Source of the DNA: Psammoneis japonica
Lineage: Eukaryota
Assembly: GCA_008632985.1 (NCBI GenBank)
Contig: QPGO01000019.1
Coordinates: forward strand, 620,001-684,000
DNA: 64,000 bases
Direction: 5' to 3'
Shown here: one piece after another, positions 22,757 through 36,659 of the stretch
Layout: each line of letters starts with the position of its first letter
Numbering within the stretch: the first letter of the stretch is position 1
Translations under genes and position numbers: made by a program
Notes under the pieces: model-generated
Told to the model about the DNA's origin: nothing
What the model saw: only the letters and a program-made list of their open reading frames with translations
Databases searched by the model: none

Positions 22757-25492
22757 CTAATTCTTTATACCACATGTCCTGCCTTCCTTGAAGTCACCAC
22801 GAGTGGGCTTCTCCAAGAAAATGCGGCAAAGATATACATCGTTCCTGTTCAGCTTTGAGTCATACCCCAAGCAAGAACTGGATTCTGCGCACCTTGCTTC
22901 ACAGTCAAACGGAAGTAAATTAGAAGTTTGGAAATTTTGCCCGGCACATTTGTAGTTCTCATGCACAGTGAAATCGTTGGTTGGGACAGTGACGGGCGAA
23001 CGAGTCGGTGACATGGTGGGAATCCGCGTTGGAGGCTCTGTTGGACTTCGAGTCGGTGCCTTTGTGGGACTCCGCATTTGAAGATCTGTTGGACTTCGAG
23101 TTGGTGATTCTGTGCTCGTAGACACCCCAAGTAACCCTGCAAGCTGACCGGAAGACAAGCTATCCGCCCAAACATACAATTCGTCAACCAGGCCAATGTA
23201 CGGTTCATGTGCAGGAAGCAACGATTGGTACGTTCTGTTTCTACTGTGTCCAAACCCGCCGATGCTGACTAAACCTGCAAGATCAAGAAAAAGATAGTTG
23301 TCCACTCCGTTCACTCGTGTTGCAACACGTTTGCCATCAACATACATTTGAACCTCGGATAATCTGCAACTGTTTCTAGGCATGCTAATGGCAACATGAT
23401 GCCATTCGTCATCAGCCAAATTCACCCTCCCCACCGGGGATAATCTCATGTTTTTGCCAGCATAGAGAGCAGGGACGCCTCGATCTAGTGTCAGAGAAAA
23501 GATGTGGTTCACGTATCGGCCATCATTAATGAAGTAAGCGCTGCCGTAGTGGATCAGTATTTGATTCTTCCGGGATCTTCCAGTCTTGAACCACATCGCG
23601 TACGAGATTTTGATGCCTCCGCTATGCGGACCACGCCTGTTAGAATAAAATTGAGCGCAGAATCAATTTGGAGTTAGAAGGAAAAACCGCGTGGCTGCAT
23701 AGGCTGCGCTGAGCTGATAACACAAAGAAAGCGCACTCACCCAAATACCGCAACACGACTAGTTGAATTCAATTCGGCGGCTTTACCAAAGACACCGTCT
23801 CGAAGAACAACATCTCCTACTTGAGCATCGTATTGTTCTAAGAACGCGGCGAGGACAACAAATCAGTGAGACTCTTCAAATTGCAGAGATGGCGAGTGCA
23901 AGAGAGACTGAACTTACGGTCATAGGCACCAAGATTGGCAAAGGAGTTTCGACATACAGTGCCAAGAATCGTAATCTTGCGCTGTACTTTGGTTTCCCAG
24001 TAATCATCATGCGATAGACCCAGCACTGGCCTATCTCGTAACGTGGACATGCTGTCGAAAGAGAAGTATATCATGGGACGCGTACGATCCAGAAGCTTCA
24101 AAGATCCCTCAGATTCAATCTTTGTTTTCTCCTCAGATTTATCGATAACCAACTGACCGTAGAAATCATAGTCAACGTTGTGGTACGGTCCCGGCCCCTT
24201 TCCAATATATTGATTAATTTTGATGGTATCATCCGTCATGTCGACCGTGATGAAATTTTCCACACCATTTCCGCGAGAAACTACCTGTACTAAGTTTGAG
24301 TTGTAGTCCTTGGTTGCAGTGTTTGCATGGACCTGAAAACCGACAAAAAATGTTTCAAGATATTGTTGATGAGATAGGTGACGCAAGCACAATGCGAGAA
24401 GAAGACGAGAAGAACGGACGCTCACCTCTCCTGCAAAATAAACGTCGACGTTATACTGCTGCATCGCCTTGAAGAAACCAGAGTTTTCCGCACCATCCAT
24501 GAACTGGCCACTACACTTTACCTTGCGCACAGGCTGCAAGATTGGCAAGTGTGCTTGAACGAAAATATGCTTGATCGTTGGGTCGTTTCTTGCCTCGGAC
24601 AACACATAAACGAACCAATCCAAATGGGCGCCAGTTACGTCGCACGTCACGGTACCCTCCCCACCTTTGCCTTGGGCAAGGTCATGAAAGTCAAACGGGA
24701 GTGACTTGAATGCATCAACCGTTACAATCAATGCGTTCTTGTGGCGGTAGGCAAAAGACGTGCGTTCAAAGATTGTTCCAATTGGACGGGAACTGGCTCC
24801 TGCAACAAGAGTAGTGTAGTTGAATTAGTCAAAGACATTGAAGCCAATTCAAATACAAATATGACAGACTTCATACTTACGTCCAATCGGATCTTGATAG
24901 AGAAACTGCCCTCTTCTATTTTGGTTGAACTTTTCATAAAATATCTGACGAAAGTTTGGCACCAACGCTGTTTTCTCTAGTTCTTTCAGCCAAGTATTTC
25001 CTCCGATTTCGTGATCCCCAACCGCCATTAGCAGCCTGGAATATCCAGCTTCGGCAAACACTTTCTTCATGCTTTCATAGCATCGTTCCCCTGCTTTACG
25101 AACCGCTTGCTCTTGTGTCCTCACGTTAAGATCGTCGAGAAACTCGGGCCGGTACCATTTCCCACTCTCAGCGTCCCCGGGGAGGACAACTAACTCGCCA
25201 CCGTACCGCTGCTTGATGAGTTTGAAGGCTTCGATCTTTTTCTCTCCCCCGGATTCTTTTGGTGGCCTCTTTACGTCAAGAATTGGATCCAAGACGAACT
25301 GAAAGAAAGAAAAATGAACGAAAGGAATGAATCGATGAAAGGTTCGAACGGATAGGTTACAGAAAAACACACACATACCGTCTCAGCCCCATGCCAATCC
25401 GCAATTACAATGAATCGCCACGAGTTTTGGGCTTGAGAAGTCATTGAGAAAAGCAAAAGCAGCAAAGCTCTTACACCAGATGACAGCCCCAT
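22757..25492 (-). CDS. Secreted calcineurin-like metallophosphoesterase + LamG/ConA-like + PT-rich stalk + Cys-rich C-terminal domain, copy 1 (multi-exon)
   Basis: Signal peptide; ADWHG, LPGD, AVGDHE, VQAHLP, FAGEVH motifs; LamG WHHVAIS...MYVDG...IDE-type motifs; PTRSPT repeats. Confidence 0.85.
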
Positions 25493-28088
25493 CTCCAAAA
25501 GCAAACCAAGAGTAACAATAACAACCACAACAACTGCAAAGAGGGCGTGTGTGTTTTTGTGTTTCGTGTTCGGTGTTTAGTGTTCGTGCTCTCTGTTCTC
25601 TGGCGTCAAGCTCACATCTCACACAAGATCAGAATACATACGGGGGTCGTGCCGACACGACAAGGTCAAATGACTCTGACACTTTGCTTGTAATAATTGT
25701 TGCTGAAAAAGTCATAATTGACAATGGCCTACAAAAAGACTTATAGAAAATCTTTGTCACTTGGGATTTGGACACTGGGCCTCGTTCGGTTGCATCTTGG
25801 TCTTTCCATTGATGTGCTGAGAAAGGATGATTGTTGCAATGTCATCTTGCTCAGCAAATCTGATCTTTTTGAATCCGCTGCACCCCACATTTTGATGCAC
25901 AGTGACTCGAGTGCACTGACCTTGTGGCAGCCCTTGCAGCCTGCAAGAAAGAGAGTCAAAAAACTGTTGGCAAATGCTCAGCAGAAAGTCGCCCTTTGGC
26001 TCACCTTCCTCAGATCCAACGCACAAATGACACGGGGTGGTGAGAACATCTCCCCACACTCACAGCATCAACACCACTGTCAACTCTCTTAAGATGACAA
26101 AGATCATGCACATCAAAGTTTCAGCCTGCAGCAAGGGCGCGGCAAACTCCTGCCTGCAGATGTGTCATTTGTGGACACAAGGCTTTAAAAGAAAAAATGG
26201 TGGCTGGCACAGCCTGCCAACAGACAAACCAAAATGTGTGAAGCCAACCACTGTGCTGCCTGCACAGAGGACCAACAAGCAACTTCATCAGCAGTTTTGC
26301 CCCCACTCAACTTTTGTCAAAGCAGGTGTCTTCCACAGCATGTGTGCCATTCCACAAGATCAGCTGGGTCCTGACGCCACTGTTTGACACCAGCACCAGC
26401 ATGACCCAGCATCTGTGCATGCAAAACCACCCCAAGCCAAGTGCCATCATTTTGCATTTGATTTGGGCACAATTCAACGTGAGTTAAACTTTAAAGAGAC
26501 ACATCTTTGAACAACAACCCCGTGCTTTGAACAAACCAAGTGCAAGAGTCAAACACAAAATGCAGTCATGGGAGGAAACACTGCCACAATTTTGAGAGTA
26601 AAGAGTGGGACAAGTGAGCAGGATGAAGGATCCTCAAGGACAATGGCAGCCACCATTCACCGTGCATTGTGCATGCACACCTGGCTGGCAACTGTTCCAA
26701 AGAGCACTGTCTGCAAGCTCCCAACTTTCTTGAAAAGTGCGGCACATGATGTTGCAGCAGAGTGAGAACAGTGACCCACCCCTTTGTTTGTGCGAGATGA
26801 CTTTTTGCTTGCATGGCTTGTGGCAAATGCATGTTTTTTCTGGAGCTCTAGCACACCACTCATCAAATCTCCCAAAGACAGCCTTTCTGGTCAAACCTCA
26901 ACTGCAGGGTCAATGAACTTGCAAGGATCTGAAAAATGTGAGGGGCAATGGTGGCACAAGTGACTGCCCTGCCATGTCGGTGCTTCTAAACAACAACAAC
27001 AACAACAACAAGTTGGCAAGAAATTCTCTCATTGAATGTGTGCTGCCCCCCCCTGATGGCTTCTCCAGAAAACCATTGGTTGCATGGGTCATTGCAAAAA
27101 AAAGCGTTGCAGCCATTCAACAAAAACATCCACAAAAAACAAAAAACTTGAGTCAACCCCTCATTGAAAAATTCTTTGATTCTTCTCTCAAAGGCAAAGT
27201 TGTCAAAGACACCATCAACAAGATGAAGGATGATCATGGCTTCAAGACACCAAAGAACACCATGAAGCTCAAGTGTCTCACTGCATTGCACAAGATCTGG
27301 GTGACAAAGATGGATTCACCAAGTCTCTGCCCAAGGGACTTGTCCACTTGGAAAAATCCCTTTGGCTTCCCACAAGATGATGAAGCAGGAGAAGACACCT
27401 TGCCACATGGAAGTTAGTTCACAGCAGATGAAGCTTCCATTGAAGAGTGTGTCAATGACAACCTCAGCGGGGGTGCTGGCAACAAGACTGGCAGCAGGAG
27501 ATCAATGAAGCAGAAGAAGAAAAACAAAGGAAAGAATCACAAAAATTCCCTCTCCTCATCATCAGCAAGCTCCTCCTTCTCTGACTCATCATCTGAATCA
27601 TCCTCATTGGCTCAAGCAGTGGGGGGATGAATTTCACTGCAAGAAAGAACAAGAAGATGATCAGAAAGATGATCTCAGCAACAACTTGTGTGAGATCATT
27701 GGGCTGGCAACATGAAGGACAAACCCATCACTCAGAAGGACAGCACTTTTTCAAAAATCAATTCCAGAAACTTCCTTTTGCTCAGATGAAGATGCACCTC
27801 CAATGATTAAGACCCAATGCTGAAAAGGATAACTGGGTTGACATGTGCCTTGGCATCAATGTTCAACAAGCCAAAAAACTTGTTGAGGCCATCAAGTTCA
27901 CCCTCAAAGATTTTTTGATGCATTTCTCAAGCTCAAGGTGCTGCAGAATGTGGAACACACTAAGATGTGCAGGTGGCCAATGATGATCTCCAATCAGATC
28001 AACCCAGGAAAACTGGAAAGAAGATCAGCAAGCTGCTTGGCAAGCCAGCAGAGCTGCGAGCCACAAAAGTTGCCAAACCTGCTGACAC

Positions 28089-28150
28089 TGTGGATGAAGC
28101 AAGACCAGCCCTCCAGCAGTGTGGATGAAGCAAGACCAGCCCTCCAGCAG
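28089..28150 (+). repeat. Perfect 31-bp tandem duplication
   Basis: TGTGGATGAAGCAAGACCAGCCCTCCAGCAG twice. Confidence 0.9.
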
Positions 28151-30859
28151 ATGTTTGTGAAAGCCAACAAGAACTGACCACTCAGACCCAAGGTTGATGC
28201 CAGAGCACTCACAATGCATCAGCTTGAATGAGGCTGATCTTGTTGACAAAGGAGTCATCCAGCAGCAGGCTCATCTGAAGCATGCAAAGACTCTCACACT
28301 TGACAATGTAGACCACAAGCACTGGACATTGCCAACCAGAACTCAGGACTGTCACTCCATGAGATGATTGTGGAGATCACACAACCCAACAAACCCGAGA
28401 TTCCTCAATTTGTGGAAGCAGGAATCCACCCCATGTCTCGAGGGGGACAAGAAAGTTGTGGTGGTGCATCACCCACAAGTGAAGTTGAAAGTGGTCCCCA
28501 TGGGACACACACTTCTCCCACACCTGTGTGTGGCAAGAACATGGAGAGGTTGTTCTTCCTCCCATCACATGCAGCCAACATGGAAGATGCCAGAAGATGG
28601 GATGACAAGGAGAAGCATGAAGCTGTGCACCCAAGAACAAACATGATGCTCAAGGACTTTGTGAGGACAGCAACTGTGACTTCAAGAATCTCAACAACAT
28701 TGACATCAAGGAAGGACAGGACAAACCAATGGAGAACTTGCCAGAAGTGCCAGACAATCCGATCAATCCTGCCATGCCAGGAGAAGGAGGCTTGGACAAA
28801 AACACAAGGGCTTCAGCAAGGAGAGTGCAAAAGGGCAAGTTGGCTCATGTTCCACCCAAGAAGACTGCAAACCCATGAAGGCTGACAGTGCCCACAAACA
28901 AGACAACTCTTTGGTGACTTCAAACACAGAAACTGCTGAGCAGACGCTGCACAATGCAAATGATCAGATGCACGCACTTTCAGCACTGGCACATCAACTC
29001 AAGGATGCAGCAACAAGAAAGAACAACAATGGACAAAATCCAGATGACAAGAACAGCACGTCCAGTGCCCCAGAGAGCAACTTCAAGATTGCAGATGGGT
29101 CTGATGACAAGAAAATGCCTGTTCATTTGGAATGGTCTGTTTGCTCTAACAGCAAAGAGAAAAGCATGTCCGGCAATGCCACGAAGGTGCCAGGGGAGGG
29201 AAGATGCATTCCTTCCATGGCATCCACAGCTCCATTCAAGCCAGCAAGCAAGGAAGCTCAGCTGGTGAGGGCAAGCAGTGGTGATTGAGAGAACCTGTGG
29301 TGGGTGGCCACATGGCTCCTTGACAAAAAGAGGCTGCTGCCAGGGAAAGAACAAGACAACCAAAAACACCAACAAACCTGAGTCGAGCTGCAACTGTGGG
29401 GCAAATTGCAACAAAAAAAGAGAAGACACACTCAGAGTGGCACTCCAAAATGTCATGTTTCACTTCCATGTCATTGCTTGTGCCGCCAACTCTGTGTCTC
29501 TTGGGAGGAGGAGATTTGGCTCCCTTGAATCTAGAGTTGAAATGGTGCATGTGAATGAACACTGGAGCGCAAGAGTGAGAACACCAGCACGCTGAAGACA
29601 GCACAAGAGCAACATCTTAACTCACCATCTTGCTGCTGCTGCTGCTGCTGGCACATTGCTTTTGCTTTTTACATGCAGGCTGGTGTTTGGATCAGTGGCA
29701 CCTGCAGCAAAGATCTTGAAATCAGGAGCATTGATGTCTCCTTCAACTTGTTTGACCATTCTGCTTTGATGGCTTCCCTCAGTTTTCTCACACAGGGTGC
29801 CAGAATTGAGTTGATTTCTGTGGGATGGAAGGAATGGGTGCACTGCAAATGACATCAAAATGCAGAGAGCATGCTGTCATTGCAGGTGAGTGAGGACCAG
29901 ACTGGCCATGCATCATGCAGACATGAGTGCCACTTGACCTCAACAGGCATTTGCTGCCATTGTTTGGGTGGCAACACACAAATTTTTTGAACAGCCGGTG
30001 CAGCGGCACTCTTCACACCCAAGTTTAGATGGAGACAGCATCCTCCAGCAAGCCTGTCCAACAAGCATGACTCTTTGACTGGTTTGATTGGAGGAGGGCA
30101 CCTCTGAGCCAACATGACTTGCTTTGGTCTTTCTGACTGTGACTCATCAAACCTCTTTTTTTTTTTGCTTTTTTCTCATTTTTCCACCTCTGTTGGAACA
30201 GGAACACTGACCACTGTGACTGGATCACATTGCAGTTGCTGTTTGTGACCAACACATGGTGAAATGCCAGATGTCACATTCAACAGGTGGCTTTTCAAAA
30301 CATGCCCAAGGAGAACTGGTTTTTTGTTTTGGCCATGAGCCCCCATGCTGCATGCATGCAGGACCCTTTGGAGGGTTTGGGATCACCCACCCCTCACCTT
30401 TGTGGAGCAGAGCTTGCACCAAAAGATTTGCTCCATGAGACTCCCAAGCACTCTAATGTCAAGTTGCTTCTCAGTGGTTCTTGGCTGGGATGTCAAGAGC
30501 TCACATTGGCAGCAGGCTTTTCTGAGTGCCAACTTGGGCCCCAATTGGTGATTGGGTCATTCTCCTGCATGCACTCCAGAGATGAAAAAATGCAAATGGT
30601 GCCCTCACCGACACATCATTTTGTCACTTGCAGAGTTCTGCATCCCAGACTTCCCCATGATCCACAATGATTCAACACAACTGAGGGAAGAGGCAGCAGG
30701 TGCAGCAAGCAACACCACAAAAGGAAGCAGCATGGCAACGCTGTGCCATGAACTGTTCAAATGCACACATGCACACAATCACAATGAACATGAGCAAATG
30801 CCACACCAAGCAATGTTTGGCAGTCATGACTGAGAGCTCCAGTCTTGGCTTTTCCAAGT

Positions 30860-31008
30860 GAAAGTTTGAGCAATTGCCCAAACTTGCATCCACCATTTGC
30901 TCAAACTTGGCAAGTTTGAGCAATTCCTCAAGTTTGCTGCAAGTTTGAGCAAATGCTCAAACTTTGAGATTGCTCAAACTTGCACAAGTTTGAGAAATTG
31001 CTCAAACA
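30860..31008. repeat. Cluster of short direct and inverted AAGTTTGAGCAA/TTGCTCAAACTT motifs (further copy ~31552-31570)
   Basis: Roughly ten half-sites forming AAGTTTGAGCAATTGCTCAAACTT-like dyads. Confidence 0.75.
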
Positions 31009-32049
31009 CATGCAAAACAACCTGTGTTGGCATGACACATGGCACTGTGACAACACAAAGATGATGCCAGCATTGGTGATCTGTTCACTGCAATTTTGAC
31101 TTGAAACACAATGAGTGTCAACATTCCAGCACATGTCAGTGCCCAGGCACACTTTGAAAAATGTTTTTGATTGAAACAAAAGGCAAAATGTTGTTGCATG
31201 AAGGTGTTCCTTGTTGGTCCCCACAGCCCCCCAAANNNNNNNNNNNNNNNNNNNNAACAAGCCTGTTCCACCAGAGCTTTCAAATTTTTTTGTGTGAGTT
31301 TGCACTGCATGTCTTTCATCAGATCATTGGGTTTCTTGGAGGCACTGTCATCAATTGTTGTTTGTGTTGCCATGGCACAATGGTTGTGATCATGTTGTTC
31401 ATTGCCAATGGCTGCAAGCACATTGTCTCCATTGCGTTTGTTTTGTGCTGACACTTGCATGCAGTAAAAGCAGCAATCACAGTGTGCACAGCAAGTGCTG
31501 CAAAGTGGTTTAGCACCAGTGGCATCAAATTTTGGACTCAAAATGCGCGTCTGAGAAATTGCTCAAACTTTCGCAAAAGGTTCAACAAAACATGATTCAA
31601 ACAGCACATTGTGACAGCTGCAATGGCAGCACATGTTTTGTTGCAAAAAACATCAAAGAAAGCAACAACAAAAAGCAACAGAAGCACTTCACACCCACCA
31701 TGTCTAAGAAAATGAGTTCAGCACTGGGAGACAGTGATGAAGCACAGCTGTCAAAACACCCAGCCAACAGAGTCTCAGCAACTCAAGTTGGAGACAGAAT
31801 GCATGGAAGGTTTTCAAAGTTTTCCCATGGCCACCAAGATTGCTTTGCTCCAGTCTGCAATCATGACAATGTGCTGCATGATTGCAACAAGACACTGCAT
31901 GAAAGCCACCATTGGAAACACTCATTGTTGTGATGGCCATTTCCATCTGCCACTTCTTGCCTTGAACGAAGCTGTCAAGCCCAGTGTTGGTGGACACAAG
32001 CATGCACAAAAGATTGGAGACAACAATGGCAATGAGAAAATCGTTGCCA

Positions 32050-33125
32050 CAAAGATCTCCCTGGCTGGAATTGTGGAGTGTGGAGAAGGCATGTGGACAG
32101 ATGACATGAAAGAAGTCAGCTTTCCAACCAACAAATTTGAGGGGATGGTTCTTTTGTTGTGAGTTTGCTTGGAAGTCAAGTCACAGCATGCACTGATGGA
32201 ACACCTCTTGAACATGTGAACAAGTCTGGCATGCAGGAACACTGCAAGCACCTCATTTGGGATGCACTCAGTGTCCTGGGACTGACCAAGCAACAAAAGG
32301 GTGAAGGTGAGACACATGCTGATCACTTGTGCTTGCTGAGCTGCCTGGCTGTGCCATCACTCACAATCTCCCTTTCCTTGGTCTTGCAACCACCACAGAT
32401 GCATCTTGAATCATCAATTTGTCTGTTGAAGCCTGACATTGTCCTTGTCCTAAAATGTGGCAGGAGCATTGTGTTCATTGTCAAAGCAAAGAGCCCTGAG
32501 CATGTGCATGATGACCAGAAAAAGAAGGCGGTCCATGGGAGTCAAAACATTGCTGGTCAGATTTGGTCACATCTGTGCACCATGATGAGCATCTGGTGTG
32601 AAAACTCCCATTGGTGCTGTCATGACTTGCAATGGAACTGCCATTGTCATGCTTGACAACCTTTTGAAAGACAAAGTTCATCTCCAGAAAGAAGAAGAAA
32701 ATGCAAGAAGTTTTGCTGGTGGGAAGAGTGCCCAAAGTTTTGTCTGAGAAGGAGGAAAATGAAAACTAAAGCAAAGAGATGGGAAATTGTCTGCAAGAAC
32801 CAATTCAAGGCTTGGGTCAGCTGTTTGGATGGCAAGCGCTCCCTTGTCATGCCCCATGGCCACAAGATTGCTGAGGATTGATTTGTCCACATTGTGCCAG
32901 CAATTCACAATGAGCCAAAGTTTCTCTGTGATCTGGAGTCTCTTGTTAAACTGGAGGAAGGCACCAATCACAGTGAAGCAGCACACCAACATTTGCTGAT
33001 TCTCTTGTGCCCAAAGTTTGAGCAATGCAAGATTGACATTGGCACCATTCTCAGGAAGGTGGCCACAAATTTTGATGGTTTCATCTTGGCAATTGTTGCA
33101 AACAAGATGCTCAAGGCATTCTTCC
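32050..33125 (+). pseudogene. Decayed gene with a PD-(D/E)xK nuclease-like segment
   Basis: LKPDIVLVLK(C)GRSIVFIVKAKSP...IAGQIWS(H)L(C)TM resembles PD...E.K..GQ..Y motifs once H/C are read as Y; family call is inference. Confidence 0.45.
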
Positions 33126-35747
33126 AATCAGTTGATGAGGCAAACTCTCTGTTTCCAGCAAATGCAGAGGGGGGGGATTCCAACTTTGGTGGAGAGTTTG
33201 TCATGCAGAGCAAAGGTTCTCCTTTGCATGTTTTTGAGCTTTCTCCTTTGGATTGGGACTCGTCCATGACAGACACTGACAATTCCGTCCCTGAATTGTG
33301 TGACACCAGAACTTGGCACATGTGTGAGCACAGCAACAAGGAAGGATGGACCAGGAAGTGTGCCAAAAATGTTCAAACAGGTCACGTCATGTGCACAAGA
33401 ACAACACATGCATCCACTGCACAAAGAAGCACAAGGTCAGTGTCAAGTAAAGTCTGCTTAGCAGCTCACAATCTTGTGGGTTTAATTGTGGATCCTGTTT
33501 GAATGCAGCTGCACAATGCCATGTCAGACACACAAACCACATTGCACTCAATTATTTTGAGGTGCCAGAAGTCCAAAGAAACTGCAAGCATTGAGTGAGC
33601 AGCAAGTGCAGGCACTGCTGAAAGAAACTGAATGTGGTTGGAACACTGCATTGCAGTTGCCACATTCACTTCAGCAGTGCCCCGTAGAAAGTGGCTGTCT
33701 GCACTTGCACCATCACCATTGCATTGGTGTGTTGTCTTTCATTTGAGCACCCAGTGATGACTGCACAACTTCCACAAGAGGCCAAACACTTTTGTTGCTA
33801 AGACAGAAATTTTCAAAGACTCCAACATGAGAGAATCCATCCCTTTCAGTTAACCCACACATGCACACCAACATGAGTGGACACTCCTGCCTTCCTTTTT
33901 GCCACTTTCAAACTTCCATGCCTTGCCAATCCAGAGAGTGCTTCTCCTTCTTGTCAGCAACCATTGGAGCATCATTCAAGCACATGCACCCCTCATTGTC
34001 ACAGCTGTAAACCAAACCAGTGTCCAAGCATGGCAGCATGGTTGCAGACTTTGAGTTTTTGTCATCTGGATTGAAAACTGCATCACCATCTGCATCAACA
34101 TGCCCATCATGGCACGGAGGAGCAGATGCCATCTTTTGTTCTTCTTCAATGGCAGAATCATTGGAAGTGGAGCTGAGCAAGTGCTGACAAGTCAAGAAGC
34201 AGTGGACAAGATCAGCAAAAGCAATTGCGAATGTGTCAGAAACAGCCAGGGTGTGCAGGCAATGACAAAGACAGGAAAGGTCTCATGAACGATGTGCATC
34301 AAGCAAAAAATGGCAGCTGTGACCACAATGTTGAATCCAGTCAGATGCTTGGCAACCTTTTGGCCATCGTTGGCTTGCTTTAGAGCCTTTGAACTTTCAT
34401 CCAGCCCACAACCTTCATGATTTCCCCAAGAACAAGCTGGCAACCACACCATGAACCAAATCATCATTGGAGGAAGAGCAGCCAGGGCTGAAAGGATCAT
34501 TCGCTACAAGCAGCAAATGCAGTGAAGGAAGGCATCACAAATCCCCATGAAGAAGGGAGCAAAACACAGGCTCCATCTCTCTCATCCACTGAATGACAAA
34601 ACATTTTTTTGGCCTGCTCCTGTCTGGGATGAACTGCTGTGACTGTGCGCTTTTTTCTTGCATTGGGTGACAAGATTTGCAGAGAAACAGGATTCACACA
34701 GTGTCGATCCTGAAAACACAAAAGGCATTTTTGGATGCAACAAGAGATGGGTGCATGTCACATGGATGGATTCCTGTTGCTTTGGAGTTCTTGCTGGCAA
34801 TGTGTGAACAGCTGTGTTGTGTCATGTTGACTCGCACACTGCTGCCAGCTTGCAATTGACTGAATGAACAATTGTCTTTGCAAGGCCATTGTCAATCTTG
34901 CAGAATTCAATGACTTGTGCAGGACATGCAGGTGGAGTCATTGTCCACACCAAAGTTGACTTCTTCCCCGTCATGCCAGGCTCCCTCCTTTGATTGGCAT
35001 TGTCAAACTGTTCCTGGCTGGGTTCCAGCTCTTGCATGGCCTCAAGGAAGAACTCCTTGCACAGTTTGCAAAAGTGACCATGCTGGAAGGTGAAGTTGGG
35101 CATCTTTTGAGTGGTGGTGGTGGTCAACAAGTCAACAGAGCAAGTCATCACAATCTCATCAGCTGCAACTTGGTCTTGACTGTCTGAGACATCAATGCAA
35201 TGTTCAAACATCAATGACTTGCAAACCATTTGGCAGGTGCCACAAAAAAGAAATGGGGTGGAAGAAAACAATGCTCCTTGCTGCTGTCCAAACAGCAGAT
35301 CATGAGTCTCCATGCAGAGCCTGTTGCAGGAGCTGACAGACATGCATTGTAAATTTGGGCTGTTGTTGTCATTCTTGTGAGCTGAGGAGTGGCTCGAGAG
35401 CAAAACTGCAAGGAACTGAATGCACACAAACCTGTGTGCAACAAACTGAAACAGCACCACATGACAAATCGTTCACAAACTGACATCCCATTCAATCAAA
35501 TCTGATCTGCAGCAGGCAACCCTGGACAACATGGCAAGGACATTGTCCTGCATTTGCAGGCTGGCCCAAGGGGGCATCTGATTGTGCAGAAGCATGCTTG
35601 GCTTGAAGCATGACTCTCAGAGCAACAAGTCTGCAGTTGGCCATGAAAGTTCTGTGCAGAGATGAGTCATGCATGGCCCAACTCCTGGCCATCATGCAGC
35701 TTGTGCATCTTGTGTAAAGAGGCTGCACAGAAGAGTCCACACACAAT

Positions 35748-36362
35748 GAAATGTGACCACTGTCATGTGGGGATTCCAACTCTACATGTCTTGCTGTGAT
35801 GTCAATGTGCACCTCACACAAAACAATCTTGCACACTTTCCACAATGCCCAGACTTGCTTGTCACTGCCCAAGTGCTTGGACTTCATCCTTGCACAGGTC
35901 AGGATGCCATCCGACAACTTCCCCCCCAGTGCCCAAAATCATTCCAACCATCAAGGCACATTGAGTGTGCTTCATTTTTTCTTGCTGGCCTGTGCCTGGG
36001 AAATGCTGCACATGGAGCTCCACAGAAGCTTGAGTCATTTTGTGCAATGACCGCCAATGAAATGTGACCCACTGTCATGCAGGGATTCTAGCTCTGCATG
36101 TCTTGCTGTGACGCGAATGTGCACCTCACACAAAACAATCTTGCACACTTTTCACAACACCCAGACTTGCTTGTCACTGCCCAAGTGCTTGGACTTCATC
36201 CTTGCACAGGTCAGGATGCCATCCAACAACTTCCCCACCAGTGCCCAAAATCATTCCAACCACCAAGGTGCATTGAGTGTGCTTCATTTCTTGCTGGCCT
36301 GTGCCTGGGAAATGCTGCACATGGAACTCCACAGAAGCTTAAGTCATTCTGTGCAATGACTG
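35748..36362 (+). repeat. Tandem duplication of a ~310-bp unit
   Basis: GAAATGTGACC...TGTGCAATGAC repeated at ~35748 and ~36059. Confidence 0.9.
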
Positions 36363-36659
36363 CCACTCTCAACCAAAAGTTTTGGTGAAATTGGCCAGAC
36401 TTTGACCCCTGCACTGGAGCCATGAAATGCCAACAAAAAGAAGCACTGACTGTCAGTCTGCTGCTTTTTGCACCAATGTGTTGTGAGCACATCCCACGCA
36501 GGCATTGTTCACAGTACAAGATGTTTGAAAATGGAGCAGACTTTTTGCACAGCACCTTCATTGTTCACGGGCAAGTGCAAGGGGCAAAAATCACAGTCAA
36601 CTCTGTGACTTGCCCTTTTTGCAGCACTGAAATGCCAGCAAACAACTCAACATTGTCAA

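Noticed and set aside
31236..31255. Run of 20 N
   Set aside because: Scaffold gap, not biology; contiguity across it is unverified.
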